The translations under genes and the position numbers were made by a program. A stretch of 64,000 nt of DNA, taken from the NCBI GenBank assembly GCA_963693365.1, contig CAVNZM010000009.1:7545408-7609407 (forward strand). Reading direction: 5' to 3'. The notes under the pieces were generated by a model. It ran no database searches. It was given only the letters and a program-made list of their open reading frames with translations, and was not told the origin of the DNA. This document shows, piece after piece, positions 1 through 23,416 of the stretch; the first letter of the stretch is position 1; each line of letters begins with the position of its first letter. This DNA comes from Amoebidium appalachense. Its lineage: Eukaryota; Protista; Ichthyosporea.

Positions 1-141
1 GCGCTGTGCACAGAATGACGTCACACCCTCTGTTGCCTGACAAAACCGAGGATTTCTAAGGCTGCTCCATGGCAAGTTTGATTTCTCGGTCGGATCATCC
101 TCGATCAAATTCAAAAATGGGAGAAACGGTGGCTGATTTAA
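1..141. mobile_element. Right end of a MITE (same family as 21255-21492 and 22930-23163)
   Basis: AAAATGGGAGAAACGGTGGCTGATTTAA (about 114-141) matches the TIR at 21465-21492. TGTGCACAGAATGACGTCAC at 5-24 is the reverse complement of sequence at about 21309-21328. Confidence 0.6.
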
Positions 142-190
142 AGAACACTCACTGTGTGTGTGTGTATGTGGGGAGGCGGGCGGGGCGGGT

Positions 191-233
<43 letters not shown>

Positions 234-303
234 AGTGTCACTCAGTATGAAACGAAGTGTGATGCTAAATGTGACGGGGATGGGGGGGGGGGGAAGGTGG
301 AAT

Positions 304-418
<115 letters not shown>

Positions 419-437
419 CGTGTGCGTGCGTGTGTGT

Positions 438-508
<71 letters not shown>

Positions 509-654
509 CGCGTGCGTGCGTGTGTGTGTGTCTGTGTGTGTGTGTGTGTGACATGTGTGTGTGTGTATGTTACAGACATGGAAAAACACATTGCACACCG
601 AAAAGCTTATATGGGCAACACATTGCACGCAACACAAACAGAGCCACCACTTAC

Positions 655-860
655 TATTCACACTGGTCAAAACTTTCTCCGGATCCTGCAACCAGGACGG
701 CACAACACTGCCATCACCCGTGTAGTTCATATGCCACAGCACAGGCGGCAAAATCCCCACGTTGGGATCCTCGTGCGAGTTGAGGCTCCTAACCGTACCT
801 GTTTGGGAAAAAAAAAAAAAAAAAAAAAACCCGGGGAAGAGATGAACGGGGAAAAAAAAG

Positions 861-949
<89 letters not shown>

Positions 950-1029
950 ACGCGCGCCCGCGGCGCGTGTACGCATGTGTGCGCGCGTGTGTGCGTGCGT
1001 GTGCTCGTGTGTGGATGTGTGTGTGCGTG

Positions 1030-1061
<32 letters not shown>

Positions 1062-2038
1062 CGTGTGTGTGTGTGCGTGTGTGCGTGTGTGCGTGTGTGT
1101 GCGAGCATGTGCGTGTGTGCGTGCGTGCGTGTGCGTGTGGTGGAGATGGTGGTGGTGGTGGGGGTGGTGTGGTGGAGGTTTTGGGGGTGGGGCAGGGGAG
1201 GGGAGGGAAGGAGGGTGGGGAGAAGAGGTATGCATTAGCGGGTTGGAATTATGGAAGTGGAGACATCACCAGACAAAAGAGAAAATGTTCCAAATCCTGC
1301 CAAAACCAAAAAAAAAAAACTGCAGGCAAGGAGGATTGGGGGGGGGGGGGGGGGGGGGGGAAGGTTGGGGGAGGGGGGTCAGGGGGAGGGGGAGATATGC
1401 ATGGTGTGTAAAGAGACTACGAAACATGGGTTGTGTATGTGTGTGTGTGGGGGGGGGGGGGGGGGGAGGGGGGAGGGAGGGAGGGATATGCATGGTGTGT
1501 AAAAGAGACTACGAAACATGGGTTTGTGTGTTTGGGGGGGGGGGGGGGGGGGGGGGGTTGAAAGGGCAAGACTGCAGTTACCTGTTGCGATAGCGCCGCC
1601 GAGTTCAAAAGCCAAATTCTCCTCAAATAGGCTCTCACCGAATCTCCCATCAATATTGATATTCCCGGAACAGAAAATCGCACCCCCGCTTCCCCTATTA
1701 ACAACGGGATTTCCGGCCCGATTTCTCCTGAAAGTTCCGTTTACCACCAGGAGATCGCCGCCCAAAAGCGCGATCGCACCACCGTCCCGTCCTGCATTTC
1801 CGATAAAAAACGCGTTTTCCACGGTGACGTTCGACTCGGAATATACCGCCCCGCCCCAGCAAACGGCCTCGGAAAAACATGTGTTGTTGGAAAAGAAGAC
1901 GTTGCGAAGGTGAGTAGGACCTGGCGGAGAAGAAAAGAAAGTGGTGTTTAGGGGTTAGAAGCAATAGGTGTGTGTGGGTGGGTGGGTCGGTGCGTGGGTG
2001 GTGGTGGTGGTGGTGGTGGTGGGTGGGTGGGTGGGGGG

Positions 2039-2098
<60 letters not shown>

Positions 2099-2123
2099 CG
2101 CTTGTATGTGTGTGTGTGTGTGT

Positions 2124-2166
<43 letters not shown>

Positions 2167-2170
2167 TGTG

Positions 2171-2227
<57 letters not shown>

Positions 2228-2388
2228 TGGGTGTGTGTGTGTGTGTGTGCCTGTGTGTGTGTGTGTGTGTGTGTGTCTAATGTAGGGCTGTATGTGTATG
2301 TGCACGTGCATGCGCCCGTGTCTGCACGTATGTGCACGGTGCATGTGTATGTGTGTGTGTGTGTGTAAGGTAGATGTATGTGCGTGTA

Positions 2389-2433
<45 letters not shown>

Positions 2434-4892
2434 CGTGCGCCCGCGCGCGCGTTCGCATGTGTTTGTAATGTAGATGTTTGTGTGTGTGTGTGCGCGCGCG
2501 CGCGCGTTCGCATGTGTTTGTAATGTAGATGTTTGTGTGTGTGCATGCAGGAGTGCATGCGCTGGTTCAAATGTGTTTGTAATGTAGATGTTTGTGTGTG
2601 TGCATGCAGGAGTGCATGCGCTGGTTCAAATGTGTTTGTAATGTAGTTGTTTGTGTGTGTGCATGCAGGAGTGCATGCGCTGGTTCAAATGTGTTTGTAA
2701 TGTAGTTGTTTGTGTGTGTGCATGTAGGAGTGCATGCGCTGGTTCAAATGTGTTTGTAATGTAGATGTTTGTGTGGGTGCATGCAGGAGTGCATGCGCTG
2801 GTTCAAATGTGTTTGTAATGTAGATGTTTGTGTGTGTGCATGCAGGAGTGCATGCGCTGGTTCAAATGTGTTTGTGTGTGTGATCGTTTGCTCGTGCATA
2901 CACATTCGTAGAAGTCAATGAGTATTGTGTGTGTGTGTCAGAGCACGTACGTGCACCCGTGTATGTATGCGTGTGTGTATGTCGTTTACTTGTGCATGCA
3001 TAGTCACGCTTTCATACTTTCCTTGAAGCAGTCATCGGGCCTTTTGCATACACACCCAATTCAACTCCCCCCCCCCCCCCCCCCCGCGCGTCTATATTAT
3101 GAAACACTTCTTACGTCCCTTCAAAGTATAATGACATGTATCACCCTTAGGGAATGAATTGCATCGTATCAGACCCAGAGCTATTTATATGGAGCAATCC
3201 CAATAAATAGAACACCCCCACAAAACATGCCCGCTCAAAAAAAAAAAAAAAAAGAAAGAAAAAATTACCCTTGGAAGCCACCGCACCGCCTCCTTTTGTA
3301 GCGACATTTCCCAAAAACTCGCAATCAGTGATGTTCATTTCCGCACCCACCAGCGCGCCTCCCTTTGAGCTCGTCGCGTTGTTATACTTGAAATGGCACA
3401 TACGGAAAACCATCATTTTTTCACCCAGGGCAGCCCCTCCCACCTCTGCCATATTTTCCGTGAAAGAGCATTTTTCCGCGTAAATGGACCCCATGGCCCA
3501 AATTGCGCCTCCGCAGTTCGTGTCGTATTGAAAAGCACCCCCGTGCCGAGCACCGCCCTCGACTGAATTTGCGTGGAACGTGCAATTTTCGGCTCTAAGA
3601 TCCCCCCGTGCAAACATAGCCCCTGCTCCATGGATCCCGCTATTTCCGATGAACGTGGAATCCACAGCGGAAATGTTAATTTTCGCGTAGACGGCTCCCC
3701 CAGAAAGGTACGTTCTATCCAAAGTTATATCTGCCATTTCAGTAACTATGGCTCCGTTATCCCGAAACTCGCTGTTTGAAATATTTACGCTCCCGACGGC
3801 CCATATCCCCCCGCCCACCCCGGCCTTGTTGTTGTGAAAAGTGCAATTTTCCACGCGCAAAATCCCAAAAGTCCGCGCGAGGACCGCCCCCGCGTATCCG
3901 ACGGGCGCCGGCAGGTTGTTTATCTGCTCCTTTCTTGCCATATACTCCGTCACTTCGACGATATTATTTTCAAATTTGCAATTTACGAGCGACATTGCGA
4001 CCCGCTGTTCATCGTTGTCTTCGACTAACTGTGTGGATAGATATATTCCGCCGCCGGCCGTGGCACGGTTGTTGCGAATGGTAGCGTTGACGACGCGGAG
4101 TTGGCGTACACCAAGGTCTGCGTGCATACCTCCACCCGTCTGTGGTTCAAGAAAAACTATGTAAGTTGGACTGTTCTTTTCACTCTTTGGCTTTTCTCTT
4201 CTTCTTTTTTTTTTTTTCTTTTTTTTTTTTCTTTTTCTTTTTTTTTCTTTGGCGTGCGCACTCAGCACGGTGGGTCGGGGGGGGGGGGGAGGGGGGGGGG
4301 GGGGGGGGGTTTGAATGCGGAACACAGTACGAAGTACGCATACACGATGAGAAGCATGGTGCAGGACACATGCAAAGGCAAACATTCAAGTATGCAGCAT
4401 CAGCCATGCGCACAGTATGCGTCATAAGCAGAGCCCATCCTCAGGGAGGGCCCAAGTCATCAATTGCGTCTGAGTTTCGACCCCTTAGCCCGCGTATATA
4501 CGACGCTCCAACTCAGACAGCAGCATCAACTGAACTTGGGTGGGTCAACCCGTCTTGATCAAAGACGAGCAGGGTTGCTTATGCAAGCAAGGTGAGCAAA
4601 ACGGTGAAGATGTATGTGCAAACTAATGCAGTGCAGCGACAAACGCGTATGTGCGGGGGGATATATACGGAAATTCAATTTAATGTGTTGTTGGTGCCTA
4701 AAACTATTTGGTTACTGTGGCGGTGATGCGAGCGAGCGAGTTAATGAGGGGACAGATGAATACACTCTTTGTCGCACTGATGTTCGGGGCGTTGAAAAGC
4801 CAAATTATGGGGATGTGATATTTAGCGCATGGGTCCCTCCAGTGTGTGTGCTTATTAAAGTGGGCATGACGTGCGAAAGTGAGCCCTGTGTC

Positions 4893-4942
<50 letters not shown>

Positions 4943-5016
4943 ATGTGTGTGCACGCGCACGTGTGTGTGCACATCTCTCTCCCTCTCCCTCTCCCTCTCC
5001 CTCTCTCTCTCTCTCG

Positions 5017-5107
<91 letters not shown>

Positions 5108-5302
5108 CGTGTATGCGTGCGTGCGTGTGTGTGTTTGTGTTTGCGTGTGTGTGTGTGTGTGTGTGTGTGTTTGTGTGTTTGTCTGTGTGTGTGCGTGTGT
5201 GCGTGTGTGCATGAATCGGTGTGTGCATGCATGTGCACGAGTTCATGCATGGGTGTTGTGCGTGTGTGTGTGCATGTGTGTGCGCGCGCACGTGTGTGTA
5301 TG

Positions 5303-5386
<84 letters not shown>

Positions 5387-5426
5387 TGTGCGTGCATGTG
5401 TGTGTGTGTGCGCGCGCGTGCGCGCG

Positions 5427-5476
<50 letters not shown>

Positions 5477-6136
5477 TGTGTGTGTGCATGCATCGGTGTG
5501 TGCATGTGCACGAGTTCATGCATGGGTGTTGTGCGCGCACATGTGCTCTGTGTGAGTGTGTTTGAATGTGCTTGTGTTTGTGTTTGTGTGTGTGTGTGTG
5601 TGTGTGATCATGTGTACTCATATATGTGTGCTGGCTTTCCCACACGGGATTCAAAATCTTCTCCCTACAAAGCAATCATGCAAACCACAAGGACAACTGT
5701 GTGCAATTTGGGTGGGTTTCAGATGCACGACAGCAAGAGAATGTCCAGATCTCTTTGAATGTGCTTGTGTGTTGTGGAGCAGTGTGTGTGTGTCTCGAGG
5801 TGTGTTGTTTTGTGCTGTATGCCACCCTATATCTATGGAGTTATGCATGCAACAGTCGGTGTGCACCCGATTCCTTTGCAAACCTCAATGAGATATTAGC
5901 CAAATAGAGAAGTTTGAGCGGGAGGTTTTGGCGCGCCAAAAAAACGTTTTTATAATACAACTAAAAAAAAAGTAGGAATATGGTCAGTCTGAACCTGTGA
6001 TAAGCTGATGCAGCAGAAATTACGTACTCGGTCACACGACCACACATACACAACGTATTGATAAGCACCGAAGCTTGTGGTGCTGCTACACGTGAATGAT
6101 ACAGAGGCTGGTTGTATGGTACACGGTAGGTGTGTG

Positions 6137-6193
<57 letters not shown>

Positions 6194-7639
6194 GTGCGTG
6201 TGTGTTTGTGTGTGTGTGTGTGTGTGTTTGTGTGTGTGTGTGCACGCGCGCATGTGCGTGCGCACGTGTACACAACGGTACGGGAAAATGTGATTGTATA
6301 TATTGAGCTGAGAGCTCGAGGAACGACGAATGGGGGAGGTGTGTGTGTGTATCTACTATGTGTACACACGTGCGGCTGTGTTCGTGTGTGTGTGCGCACG
6401 TGAGCGCGTGCTGTGTGCACGTGTGTGTGTGCACTCCCAAGTGTGTGTGTGCATGATTGGGTGCCCTGATGTGCGGTCGTCTTGTGTGTGTGCGTCACTA
6501 TAGGGGGCGGAGGTGGGCGCAAGCCTGTGGTTGTGCACGCTTGGGTGTGTGTGCGTGCACGCGTGCGGATGTGTTTCTGTTTTATGTGTGTTGAGTGCTA
6601 TCAATAATGAGTGTGAATAAGGTGTGCTTTATTGCGCGTGTGTATACTTGAGCTTTTCCATGTGCACGTTTGCTTTTGTCCGGCCCACGCTTCCATGTTC
6701 AAATGGCTTTGAGAGTGTTTGTGTACCGCATGTTTTTGTGCTGGCATGTGTGCACTGGTGTGCAAAAATGATCATCAATGAAGAAACGAACATGGCATAA
6801 AAATGCGCGTGTCTGCAGGACGGGCTTGGTGGGACGAGAGCTGAACACGTAAAAGGGGAAGGGAAAGGGGTCTCTGAGACAGGCTGAAATAAGCAAGTGT
6901 TCTTAGGCACAAGATGTGCTTTGAGTGTTCCATGACTACCACCAGACCTGCACCACAAACACCCTGGTCGGAGAGGGAAAAAAACACATAACCACTTCGT
7001 GTAAAAAACACATAACCACTTCGTGTAACTTACCACGTTGGAGTCTCCGTTGTCCTCAAGCGTTAAATTCCAGAAATCAAGAGCGGCCGTTCTGTGTATC
7101 CTCATGCCACCAAACATGCAGTTCCTAACTGCCAGGTTTGCAGCTAAGAAACCTTGAAATCCCTCAAGTTCGATGGCCGCTCTCCTCACCGAACCATCAC
7201 ATTTAAAGGTAACTGGTTCCCCGTTAATACCACAACCAATTAGTGCAAGAGTGTGGTTGCTATTAATGGTTTCGTCACCTGTTAGCCGTGGGAGATAGGG
7301 ATGTTCACCGCGCAATAAAAAGACGTAATGGACTCCTCCCGTCGTGTTGAGGTTCTGGATAGTATCCAGGCAGAGAGGGTTTGGGGTCATGCGATAGACG
7401 TTGCATCCAGGAGGCATGTTCGAGCACCAAGACATAACTTCTTCTGGAGTGGCATTTACTGGGCGTATAGGTGCTAGCGCTTTTACATAATCCAACATCT
7501 GGAACTCCAGAGTTGATTGTGCTAGGAGAGCCCCTATAGGAGCATCATATATGCTGCCCGACAACTCCCCCCATGTCTGGGCAAGGAGCAAGGGCAGCAA
7601 CAAGGCAACATTTCCAAAACCCATTCTCCCTTTACCCAT
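655..7639 (-). CDS. Secreted Pmp-like (FxxN / GGA[ILV] repeat, right-handed beta-helix) protein; multi-exon, 3' end unresolved
   Basis: Phase-consistent GT-AG exons 7639-7034, 4139-3269, 1920-1582 and 798-655 (about 653 aa). The N-terminus looks like a signal peptide ([24 protein letters not shown]). About 15 repeats such as [39 protein letters not shown] and [14 protein letters not shown]. The exon 1/2 join reads LEDNGDSNV|TGGGMH, itself a repeat unit. A further donor at 654 implies at least one more exon. Confidence 0.85.
2457..2875. repeat. Intronic minisatellite, about 59-bp unit, about 6-7 copies
   Basis: Near-perfect tandem unit ATGTGTTTGTAATGTAGATGTTTGTGTGTGTGCATGCAGGAGTGCATGCGCTGGTTCAA. 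Confidence 0.9.
4311..4654 (-). mobile_element. Dispersed 340-380 bp intronic repeat (SINE-like), copy in intron 1 of the Pmp-like gene
   Basis: Near-identical to 37487-37863 and to the reverse complement of 15566-15947 and 16003-16384. It abuts a poly-G tract (poly-C on the host sense strand). Confidence 0.85.
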
Positions 7640-8111
7640 GCTGTCGAGGGTACAAAAAAAAAAGAAGACCTAGTGGTCCATGCTGAGTGTATGGTGGCCG
7701 AATTATGTTGGATGCCGGCTGGTTACTGTTGACTGACTAGGTTGGTTACTGTTGACTGACTAGGTTGATGTGTGCTGCAAGAGGCTTACTATCGTGGTGC
7801 TACTCTATATTAGAGCTCAATTCAAAACTTGTGTTCTGTACTGCCTCACACTCCGAAGACATGAGCCCAAATTTCTGTTTACTACTGTCACCTTCCTTTG
7901 TTTTTTGGAAGTTGTAGGGAAACCAAGTTGCTGCCTGGCAGCCAGCCCAGCCGGGCTTAGTCTTCAAGGCTATGTACCCACTGGCTTACGAAAGTACGCG
8001 TCGTAGCCCTACGGAAAGGTAGCCCTACGTAAGTGGCTGAGCACTACTACGCCGCGGGAAGCGAAATACAAGTGATGTTGAGCCGGGCCGCAGGGAGACA
8101 GCACTCAAAGT

Positions 8112-9573
8112 CAGGGTTAGACAATACCCCAAAAATACCCTAAAAAATACCCCACTGCCAGAAAAAAATACCCCGCCTGGAAGAGGCTGGGGTACACTAC
8201 CCTTCCTGCGTAGGGTACGTGGCCGGATAGTGGAGTGTACATATAGCCCCCCCCCCCCCCCCCCCCCCCCCCCCAGGGGTGGGAATTCGGTGATAGGCTA
8301 TTATTTTCATGCATGGGATAGTTCGGAACTTCGCTCGGTTATCCAGCACTCAGCATTATCCAGCACTCAGCAGTTAAGTAAAATGAATTTTGGTCACCGT
8401 AATGGTAAAATTGGGGAACCTTTTGACATAATCTTAAGGTTTTGGGGGCTTTTTGTTGACATTAAGTTACAATTTTCATCGCCGCTGGTGCCACTTTTGT
8501 GCTGAACTTTTTAATCGCAAGCATGTTGATAGGTGTGAGTTTTTATGTCGCGTTTTACCTCTTTCCCTACGGGTGTCTGCTACACTAGCTGGCAATGTGA
8601 ACACTTTAGACTTTTGGTTGAATTCTGTTGGTCGTCACATTGAGTATTTATATGATTTTCACAGTGTTCAGGTATCTCAGTATGCACTTGTTACTGGATA
8701 ACTCGTGAAGTTTTTATTGTCTTCTCTGTATGCCGTGCATACTTGCATATCTTTCCGTCGAATAAATCCAGTCAAAAGAAGAAGAAAAAAGTTACGATGT
8801 CATGGCCTTACACCAGTCTGATGGTTATTTTCGTTTTTTTTTTTTTGGCGCAAAACTCCCTCCCTTCAGTCAAAACACAGCCTTCAAGTCAGTTGTCAGG
8901 TGACTCAAAGCCGGTTTTTTTTTAAGTTCTCACGTGTCACGCTTTCACCCGTGTTGTTTTTGGGCCCTTTCGCTGTAGGTCACTCTCTCCATGGGCAAAC
9001 ACGCGCTTCCTAGGGTAGCCCCTGTGGCTGCCAGCACTCGGCAGCCTGACCATCGCTTTTCAGATGGGAAGGAGCAGTCGAAGCCTGGCCCTAAAACACT
9101 CAAGTTGGACGATTTTCTTAAACACGCTCGCGGTGGTCAAGGCAAAGAAGGCCAAGCAGTCTGGTACGGTCGCCACTGAAAAGTCTGTGGGCCAGAAATC
9201 GGGTGCTAATATTTCGGTTGCCAAGGAGGTGGCGGAGGTGGTGGAGGAAAATGCAGCCGTCTCTAACCCCCCGGCCCGGGGGAAGGGGGGGGGAGGCCTA
9301 GGGGGGGGGGGGGGGGGGGGGGGGGGGGGAACAACGAGAGGGATATTACGTTGGAACTGGAAAGAAAGCCCAGTTGCCTGTAGGCGGAGGAGACAGGCAG
9401 AGAGAGAGCTGGGAGGGTAGTGAGGGAGGGGGTGGGGGTGGGGGGGGAGAGGGGGAGGCTTCGGAGAGAAAGAGAGACCGGGAGTCTCAGAGCACCGTGA
9501 GAGAGGGGGAGAGAGAGAGACAAAGAGACTCTCGGGGAGAGAGGGAGAGAGAGAAAGTAGAGAGGAGAGGGGG

Positions 9574-9665
<92 letters not shown>

Positions 9666-9870
9666 AGAGCGAGTGATTGAAAACTGCCTGAGAGAGAGAC
9701 TCGGGGCGGGGGGAGGGGGGGGGGGGGAAGGGGGGGAGACGGTGAGAGAGAGAGACAGAGAGACAGAGAGAGGGAGAGGAGGAAGAACGTGAAGAGAGAG
9801 AGACAGTCCGGAAAGCTTGGGGGAAGAGGGGGCAGAGAGAGAGAGAGAGAGAGAGAGAAAGAGTGAGTGA

Positions 9871-9904
<34 letters not shown>

Positions 9905-10053
9905 AAGAAAGAGACTGGGGGGGGGGGGGGGGGGGAGATAGAGAGATAGAGAGAGAGAGCGAAAGAAAGAGAGAGACTGGGGGGAGGGGGAGAGAGAGAG
10001 AGGGAGAGAGGCAGAGGGAGGGAGGGAGGGAGGGAGGGAGGGAGGGAGGGAGG

Positions 10054-10151
<98 letters not shown>

Positions 10152-10714
10152 AGAGAGACTTCAGATCTCTAGAAGGGGGTGCGCGGGCGCCCCAAGAGAG
10201 GAAGTGACCGTAAGAGAAATCCTCAGGAGAAAGAATTATCTAAGAAACAACACCGTTGAAGCTAGAGACACGGAGAGAACTTAGCACACAGGAATAGGTG
10301 CGAACGTGGTGACACTAAGCAAAGCTTTTCAGCGGGCGGCGCGCTGCGCGCGCCTCAGGTTAGTCAGCAACACAATGTCTCTATCCTGAGATGAACAGGC
10401 GATTATAACACCTAAAAGAAAGTTAGACTGGCTGTCTCAGGTTATAACGATGCGGGTAGGCGAGTGTGACATGCGTGCTCGGTGAAAACAAAATCCCTGA
10501 GTTTCAAAAGCACCTGTTTCAAGTGTGCTTTGGCTTCTGAGGGGCTGCCCGCCAGAGGATATATTTACATATTAGCGGATAAGTATACAAAGATTTATCT
10601 GATCTATCCAAAGTAAGTATATCCTGGAAATACCCCACCTTTCGCGAGGCCAAAATAGATGACGTCACAAAACTTCGGAAAATACCCGACTTGAAACCCA
10701 AATGTCGAACCCTG
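8112..10714. mobile_element. Non-autonomous hAT-superfamily DNA transposon (2.6 kb)
   Basis: TIRs CAGGGTTAGACA (8112) and TGTCGAACCCTG (ending 10714). Perfect 8-bp TSD CTCAAAGT at 8104-8111 and 10715-10722. Subterminal AAATACCC repeats at both ends. No transposase ORF seen. Confidence 0.85.
8400..8790 (+). mobile_element. 3' fragment of a non-LTR retrotransposon inside the hAT element
   Basis: Remnant ORF WCHFCAELFNRKHVDRCEFL..LP..TLDFWLN is homologous to CHFCAEPFSRKHLDNC..LP..SIDYLLN at 44337-44582 (-), a CCHC zinc-finger-like C-terminus. It is followed by AATAAA and a GAAGAAGAAAAAA tail at 8761-8790. Confidence 0.6.
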
Positions 10715-11037
10715 CTCAAAGTGACTAAGCCCCCGGCCTGGTTGCAGTGAAACGCCAGCGATAGCTTTAGCCAATCAACGTTGGGCACAAGCTAGATGCA
10801 CCAATCATTTTGTTTATTCTGGTATGCGGTTTAGATTCTTCAATGATGACGCAATCAGTTGAAAAAGGGCCGAGCTGTGACGCACGTGTTTTTCGATTTG
10901 AACGGTGTTCAGTGCAGTTTCAGTGGTGGCTTCACTTGACGTTTTTCTTTTGGGTTTAAAACTTTAGCCCGGCCAAAGAAAAACCACAAACCGAGTACAA
11001 AATCCCTTCGACGAAAGATTGCCTTGGAAACATCAAC

Positions 11038-11388
11038 ATGAAGTACACACGCATTTACACAGGCGCGGACCAGGAAGCACACTTTGAGGATGTGGATGTG
11101 CCCCTACACGATCAAGGAGACATTGGTTTTCTCTCAACTACTTTCAAGGCCACAGGAGTGATTTTCCGCGAAACTCCTGGAACATATCACTACCAGTGGC
11201 ACAATGCACCGAAACGTCAGTTCGTGGTGGTTCTGGAAGGGAAGGTGGAAGTGGAGGTTGGGAGTGGAGAAAAACGTCTGTTCCAAACTGGCGATGTCTT
11301 TCTAGCTGAAGATACAACAGGGAGGGGCCACATATCGCGTGCTATCGACGGTAAACCAAGGAAGTCTCTTTTTATTACCCTAGAATAG
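11038..11388 (+). CDS. Cupin (RmlC-like) domain protein, 116 aa, intronless, bacterial-type
   Basis: Clean ATG-to-TAG ORF with motifs WHNAPKRQFVVVLEGKVEVEVGSGEKRLF and GDVFLAEDTTGRGH.SR, typical of a small bacterial cupin family. Confidence 0.9.
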   Translation: MKYTRIYTGADQEAHFEDVDVPLHDQGDIGFLSTTFKATGVIFRETPGTYHYQWHNAPKRQFVVVLEGKVEVEVGSGEKRLFQTGDVFLAEDTTGRGHISRAIDGKPRKSLFITLE

Positions 11389-11491
11389 CCGTTTTTGCTA
11401 GTTGGTAGCTTCGGTTTTGTTGGGAAACCGCTTCCCAACAGGTGACTAAGTTGTCACTTACATTTCCAATTTGTGCTGTAGGGTCCTACCG

Positions 11492-11535
<44 letters not shown>

Positions 11536-12457
11536 GTTCTACATAGAAACCTTTCGTTCGCCTTTTTCGTATGTGTTTTCTGTTAACGGGAAACATCTGT
11601 TATATACACCTAGGTTTTTACGGCTGCTAAGTTTTTTGGGGCATGTGTATGGTTTTCGTTTTATTTTTCCGTTCTGGGCTCTCCCAGTGGTATCCTAAAG
11701 ATGAAGCTTGATGCTTTGCGACCCACAACACAAAATCTTGGTAGCCCATTAAGTGAAGCCATCTCGTGACGTGTATGTGTGTGCAGTGCGTCTGAGCGTG
11801 CGTGTATGCGTGCGTGTGCTTGTGTCTGCGAATGTGTGTGTGAGTGTGTGTTTGTGTATTCGTGTGTGTGTTTGCAACAACGTGCATGCGGGGCCAGGCT
11901 GGGGGGAGGGGGGGGGGGAAGGGGGGTTGGGGGGGGCGGGCGGGGAAGAGGGAGGCGAAGAAGGACAAGGGTGGCTGATGCGACGTGTGTGGCTGTGTGA
12001 GGGGGGGAGGGGGGAGGGGGGGGGAAGGGGAGGGGGGGGGGGGGGGGGGGGGAGCGAGGACTTGCGAAACATATAAAAAGTAGCATGCGGTTGAATAGTC
12101 AAAAACACAACGGATCCTGGACGAGCAAGAAGGGGTGGGGAGCTGCTGTCAACATGCAGGTGCTTCGAGGGTAAAAACCGTGCTTGGAGGGAGGAGGGAT
12201 ATAGGGATATAGTATCGGTACTCGGGAATCCAAAATATGCAGTCGCCTAGTAGCCTACAAGTATAAATGGAAAATTCGACGGCGTGACGGGAGGGAGGGG
12301 GGTCTGAGAAAGGAGTTACATCTCGCTGACGGAGGAAAGGAGCGATCGAGTGGAAAGAATCCAAGTTGGGCCACGTTTTAGTATTGCGTTGGGGCTTTTC
12401 CAATGAGAATATTAGTGTCGACAAAAAGTACGGTTGATTATCTCGGCCCGAAAGGCG

Positions 12458-22912
<10,455 letters not shown>

Positions 22913-22929
22913 TTTTTGATTTCGGTACC

Positions 22930-23163
22930 TACAAGCAACCACTGCAGTATGAAATCCTCGAACCTGTGAAGTGGTCGAGGATGTGACGTCATCTTTGGTT
23001 CACAGCACTTTAAAGTCGATCCTGTCTCAACCTCGATCGTGTGATTCGATGGAGGATTTCACTGATTCGCTCGATGCCAGCTGTCACAGGCGGTGCCAAC
23101 CAGAAATCCTCGATCGGATCAACCTCGTTTGGGGCCAAAAACGGGAGATGTGGTGGTTTGTAA
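22930..23163. mobile_element. Diverged member of the same MITE family, just downstream of the TRF stop codon
   Basis: TCGGATCAACCTCG..AAAACGGGAGATGTGGTGGTTTGTAA resembles positions 90-141, and there is an internal TGACGTCA as in the other copies. Confidence 0.45.
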
Positions 23164-23343
23164 AAGATAAGCGGTACCTTGCAAGGGTTTACGTTACATG
23201 CAATCTCCCTTAACACTAGATGGAATTGACGCTGCCGTCATGCAGCACACATGCAAGGCACACAACCATATAGGCACAGACACAGACTCACAAACCAGCA
23301 TGCACACACTTAGACACATACACATACACACACACACACACAC

Positions 23344-23416
<73 letters not shown>

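Larger units (their letters stand above)
7938..10745. mobile_element. Older short TIR element split by the hAT insertion
   Basis: GCCGGGCTTAGTC (7950-7962) and GACTAAGCCCCCGGC (10723-10737) are imperfect inverted repeats that flank the hAT element and its TSD. Confidence 0.45.

Noticed and set aside
4311-4558. Antisense reading frame of the intronic repeat (ECGTQYEV...[13 protein letters not shown]) resembling the LINE RT 'YRPISL' motif
   Set aside because: Only a few residues match, frames shift between copies, and there are no downstream RT motifs. It is kept only as a weak alternative origin.
10330-10365. GC-rich hairpin followed by TTAGT, like a Helitron 3' end
   Set aside because: The terminus is not CTRR and no 5' TC end or second copy was identified.
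23010-23216. Minus-strand ORF with DPIEDFW resembling the Tc1/IS630 NPIENLW motif
   Set aside because: It is short, has no other DDE motifs, and overlaps a non-coding MITE-like sequence.
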